From: the human T2T-CHM13v2.0 reference genome, Homo sapiens
Length of the DNA stretch: 64,000 nucleotides
NCBI RefSeq assembly: GCF_009914755.1
Contig: NC_060926.1
Reading direction: 5' to 3' (one strand)
The translations under genes were made by a program, and so were the position numbers. The notes beneath the pieces are model-generated. The model saw nothing but the letters and a program-made list of their open reading frames with translations, was not told the origin of the DNA and searched no databases. Positions 59,396-64,000 of this stretch are shown one piece after another (the stretch's first letter is position 1; each line of letters begins with the position of its first letter).

Positions 59396-60167
59396 GTCAT
59401 TTCAATATCTTTCAATACACTATCTGTATTACAGCACAGTGCTAAGCCAGTCAGTGCCTACCAAATACTTTTAATTAATCAGTTAGATGTTACCTCTATC
59501 CTTTTCAGTAGTAGAGGTGATATCTAACTCTAATCAAGTCAGGTTTCAAAGCATCTCTTTCCTAAATGATTCCTAATCACTCAACAAATGTTTTTGCTTT
59601 ACTAGGTGTTCGACTTTATTTAACAGTCATGAGTCCCCCTTTTTGTGTATCATAAATTCAACTAATAAAGACAGTTCCCTGCCTTCTAGGCTTATAAAGC
59701 TAAAAAGAACTTTTGCTGTAAAAAGATACGATGTATAAAGTTATCAATTACCAAAGATAGGCAGCCAAAAGTAAAAGATGAAGGAAAGAACTGAATAGGG
59801 TGATTACAGTGTTAGGAACATTCAGAAGTCTGATGAAAGATATGAGAAATCAACCTTGGGATAGTAAAGAACCAGGAGGAGTAGGGAGAGGGGGCAGTAA
59901 TGGTGCTTTTAAAAAAAAAAGATAAACGTGACCAGGTCTTGAAATAGTTCCCCAAAACTGCAGTACAACCACAACAAATGGAGCTATAGCCACAATACTG
60001 CACATCCTATTAAGTTTCAATTGCTAGCTGGGACTGGACTATAGCAGGAAGGGTGATGCTGATAGCAGTAAATGTCAGGTGTGACAAGCCAAGCAACAAA
60101 AGACAGAAGCAGATGGTTCAGTGTTATTTGGGGAACACAGATTAACAAGAAGAAATGGAATCCTTAC

Positions 60168-60308
60168 CATCAAATGTTTCAGCAAGGTTAACATCATTTG
60201 CACTTACATCACCCACTCCAAAATGTACTAATTCTAGTTCACACTCGTGTGAAGCATCATAGGTATCTATAATGTTCAAAATGGCCTCAACAGAACCATC
60301 AACATCAC
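60168..60308 (-). CDS. MTIF2: MTIF2 exon; [17 protein letters not shown]...NLAETFD
   Basis: IF2 domain III K.DV.GS.EA motif; 141 nt; canonical splice sites. Confidence 0.95.
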
Positions 60309-60539
60309 CTAAATACAGAAAAAGTTTATAATTGTTGCTTTTAAGAGTTAGACATCAGCAGACATAAAAATGACAATAATCTATTTAAAGCCATGATAGG
60401 AATGTCATTTATCACTAAATCCACTTTTATTTAGGCTTAGCATTACACATATCTACTTGACTTAATAGCATATAATGAGCCAAACGTACATTTACAACAA
60501 AATCAGCAAGAAATATGTTGACTAAGAAAAACTCTCCTA

Positions 60540-60920
<381 letters not shown>

Positions 60921-61244
60921 TTAATGAAATAGACATCAATAACTGCTAGATTAAAGCCTTTGTGTTGTCCTGCATTAGGAAATTAGCTTAACTCATGTAT
61001 GAAACTACTACTTTTATAAGTTTCAAGAAACATGTAAAATTTTAATTTGAGAGCTTGTATAATTGAAATGATTTAAAAATCTTATCCCCACCCCCAAAAT
61101 TCTATAGTCTAATGCTAAAATAGCACAACTTGCATCCTCACAGCCCCTTATAATCTAGATTTGTTAACATTAATACACATATTTGGTATAACATTGTAAA
61201 CTGGCATTTAAAATCATTATATTATATCTAATATATAGGAATTA

Positions 61245-61565
<321 letters not shown>

Positions 61566-61719
61566 TTAATTCCACCACTTCTTAACTTAAGCAGTTTTTC
61601 ATACTATAAAAACATTTCAAAGCTGGGTGCAGTGGCACATCTGCAATCCCAGCTATTCAGCAGGCTAAGGCAAGAGGATCACCTGAGCCCAGGAGTTCAA
61701 AGTCAGCCTATCAAGACCA

Positions 61720-62990
<1,271 letters not shown>

Positions 62991-63564
62991 TAATTTCTTA
63001 TAAGGTTATGCTAAGCGAAGAAGCAGGGAGCAAAGTGTTCTGACAGAATCTTAACCCACTTTCTATCCCAGTCTCCATCAGCTAAGGGATTACTCAGTTG
63101 TTAGAGAGTGTAAAGCAATGAGAAAACCTCTCTTGCTGATACAGAGGAAAATTCAAGCACACCACTTCAAAGACCTTTCTGCGTATTATATTAATGGGTA
63201 AAGTATAAAGAATTCACAAACCCTAAAATGCAACCATTGGTATTTCATTCTAATTTATGTTATCTATAAGACTTTACCAATTCAGTCGAGTCAGTGAGGG
63301 AAAAAAAATAAAACAAATTGAACTACTTATGTCACCTAAATATGACTAGTAGATGTACATGGATAGCTGCTATGGTCTACTGATAATAACTGCATTTTTG
63401 TGTTCTTGTATTAGTACAAACAATAAAATACTTTTTAAAACAAATGCTTTGAAAATATTGTTCATGAACTAACAATAACATGTAACAAAAATAATACATT
63501 GTCATATAATCAAGTCACGAAAACCACAGAACAAATTAAAAAGGCAAGCATTTTAAGAGTCCTA

Positions 63565-63711
<147 letters not shown>

Positions 63712-64000
63712 TTAATACACATTAATAAATATTATCTGTAAATGTAAATGCCAGGGACAGAAAGTCACATAATCCTTGCAAGTTATATTATACTTTTCTC
63801 TTTAATCATTGAAAGCATGATTACTCAATTTAACAAAGAAAGGGAGGGAGGGGAAACAAAAATAAGAAAAAAGACAATGGGAAGAATGGAAGGGAGGGAG
63901 GGATCAGCAAGAAAACCTGAGCCATGGACAGATCTTGCAAGGAACAAGTGGCTATTTTTTTTAAAGGATGACCACTGGTGGGCTTGTTACTATCCCTTTC

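Overview
This is primate genomic DNA, and the proteins match the human CLHC1-RPS27A-MTIF2 locus (2p16 from memory). It contains (i) the 5' part of CLHC1 on the minus strand: 7 coding exons from 39641 down to 23512, probable 5'UTR exons near 45.3 kb and 49.5 kb, and a >23 kb repeat-filled intron running off the left edge. It also contains (ii) the complete RPS27A ubiquitin-eS31 fusion gene on the plus strand (CDS 50055-52807, 156 aa), head-to-head with CLHC1 across a ZNF143/ETS/TCT promoter, and (iii) the last 7 coding exons of MTIF2 (mitochondrial IF2, minus strand), tail-to-tail with RPS27A. A processed CDPF1 pseudogene lies next to an orphan CpG island inside a CLHC1 5' intron. The rest is about 55 Alus, a near full-length old L1 (~12.7-22.2 kb) nested in other L1 pieces, L2, MIR, LTR and DNA-transposon relics. 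Nearly all long ORFs in the supplied track are Alu or L1 artefacts. I see no convincing wholly new biological system. The best leads are the CpG island/retrocopy unit (fossilised extra exon, CpG-rich flanking Alus, antisense ORFs), an L2-derived uORF-bearing exon, two GC-AG introns, a possible bidirectional poly(A) site, and several unusually long or perfect local duplications. Repeat subfamily names come from recalled consensus sequences and need RepeatMasker confirmation.
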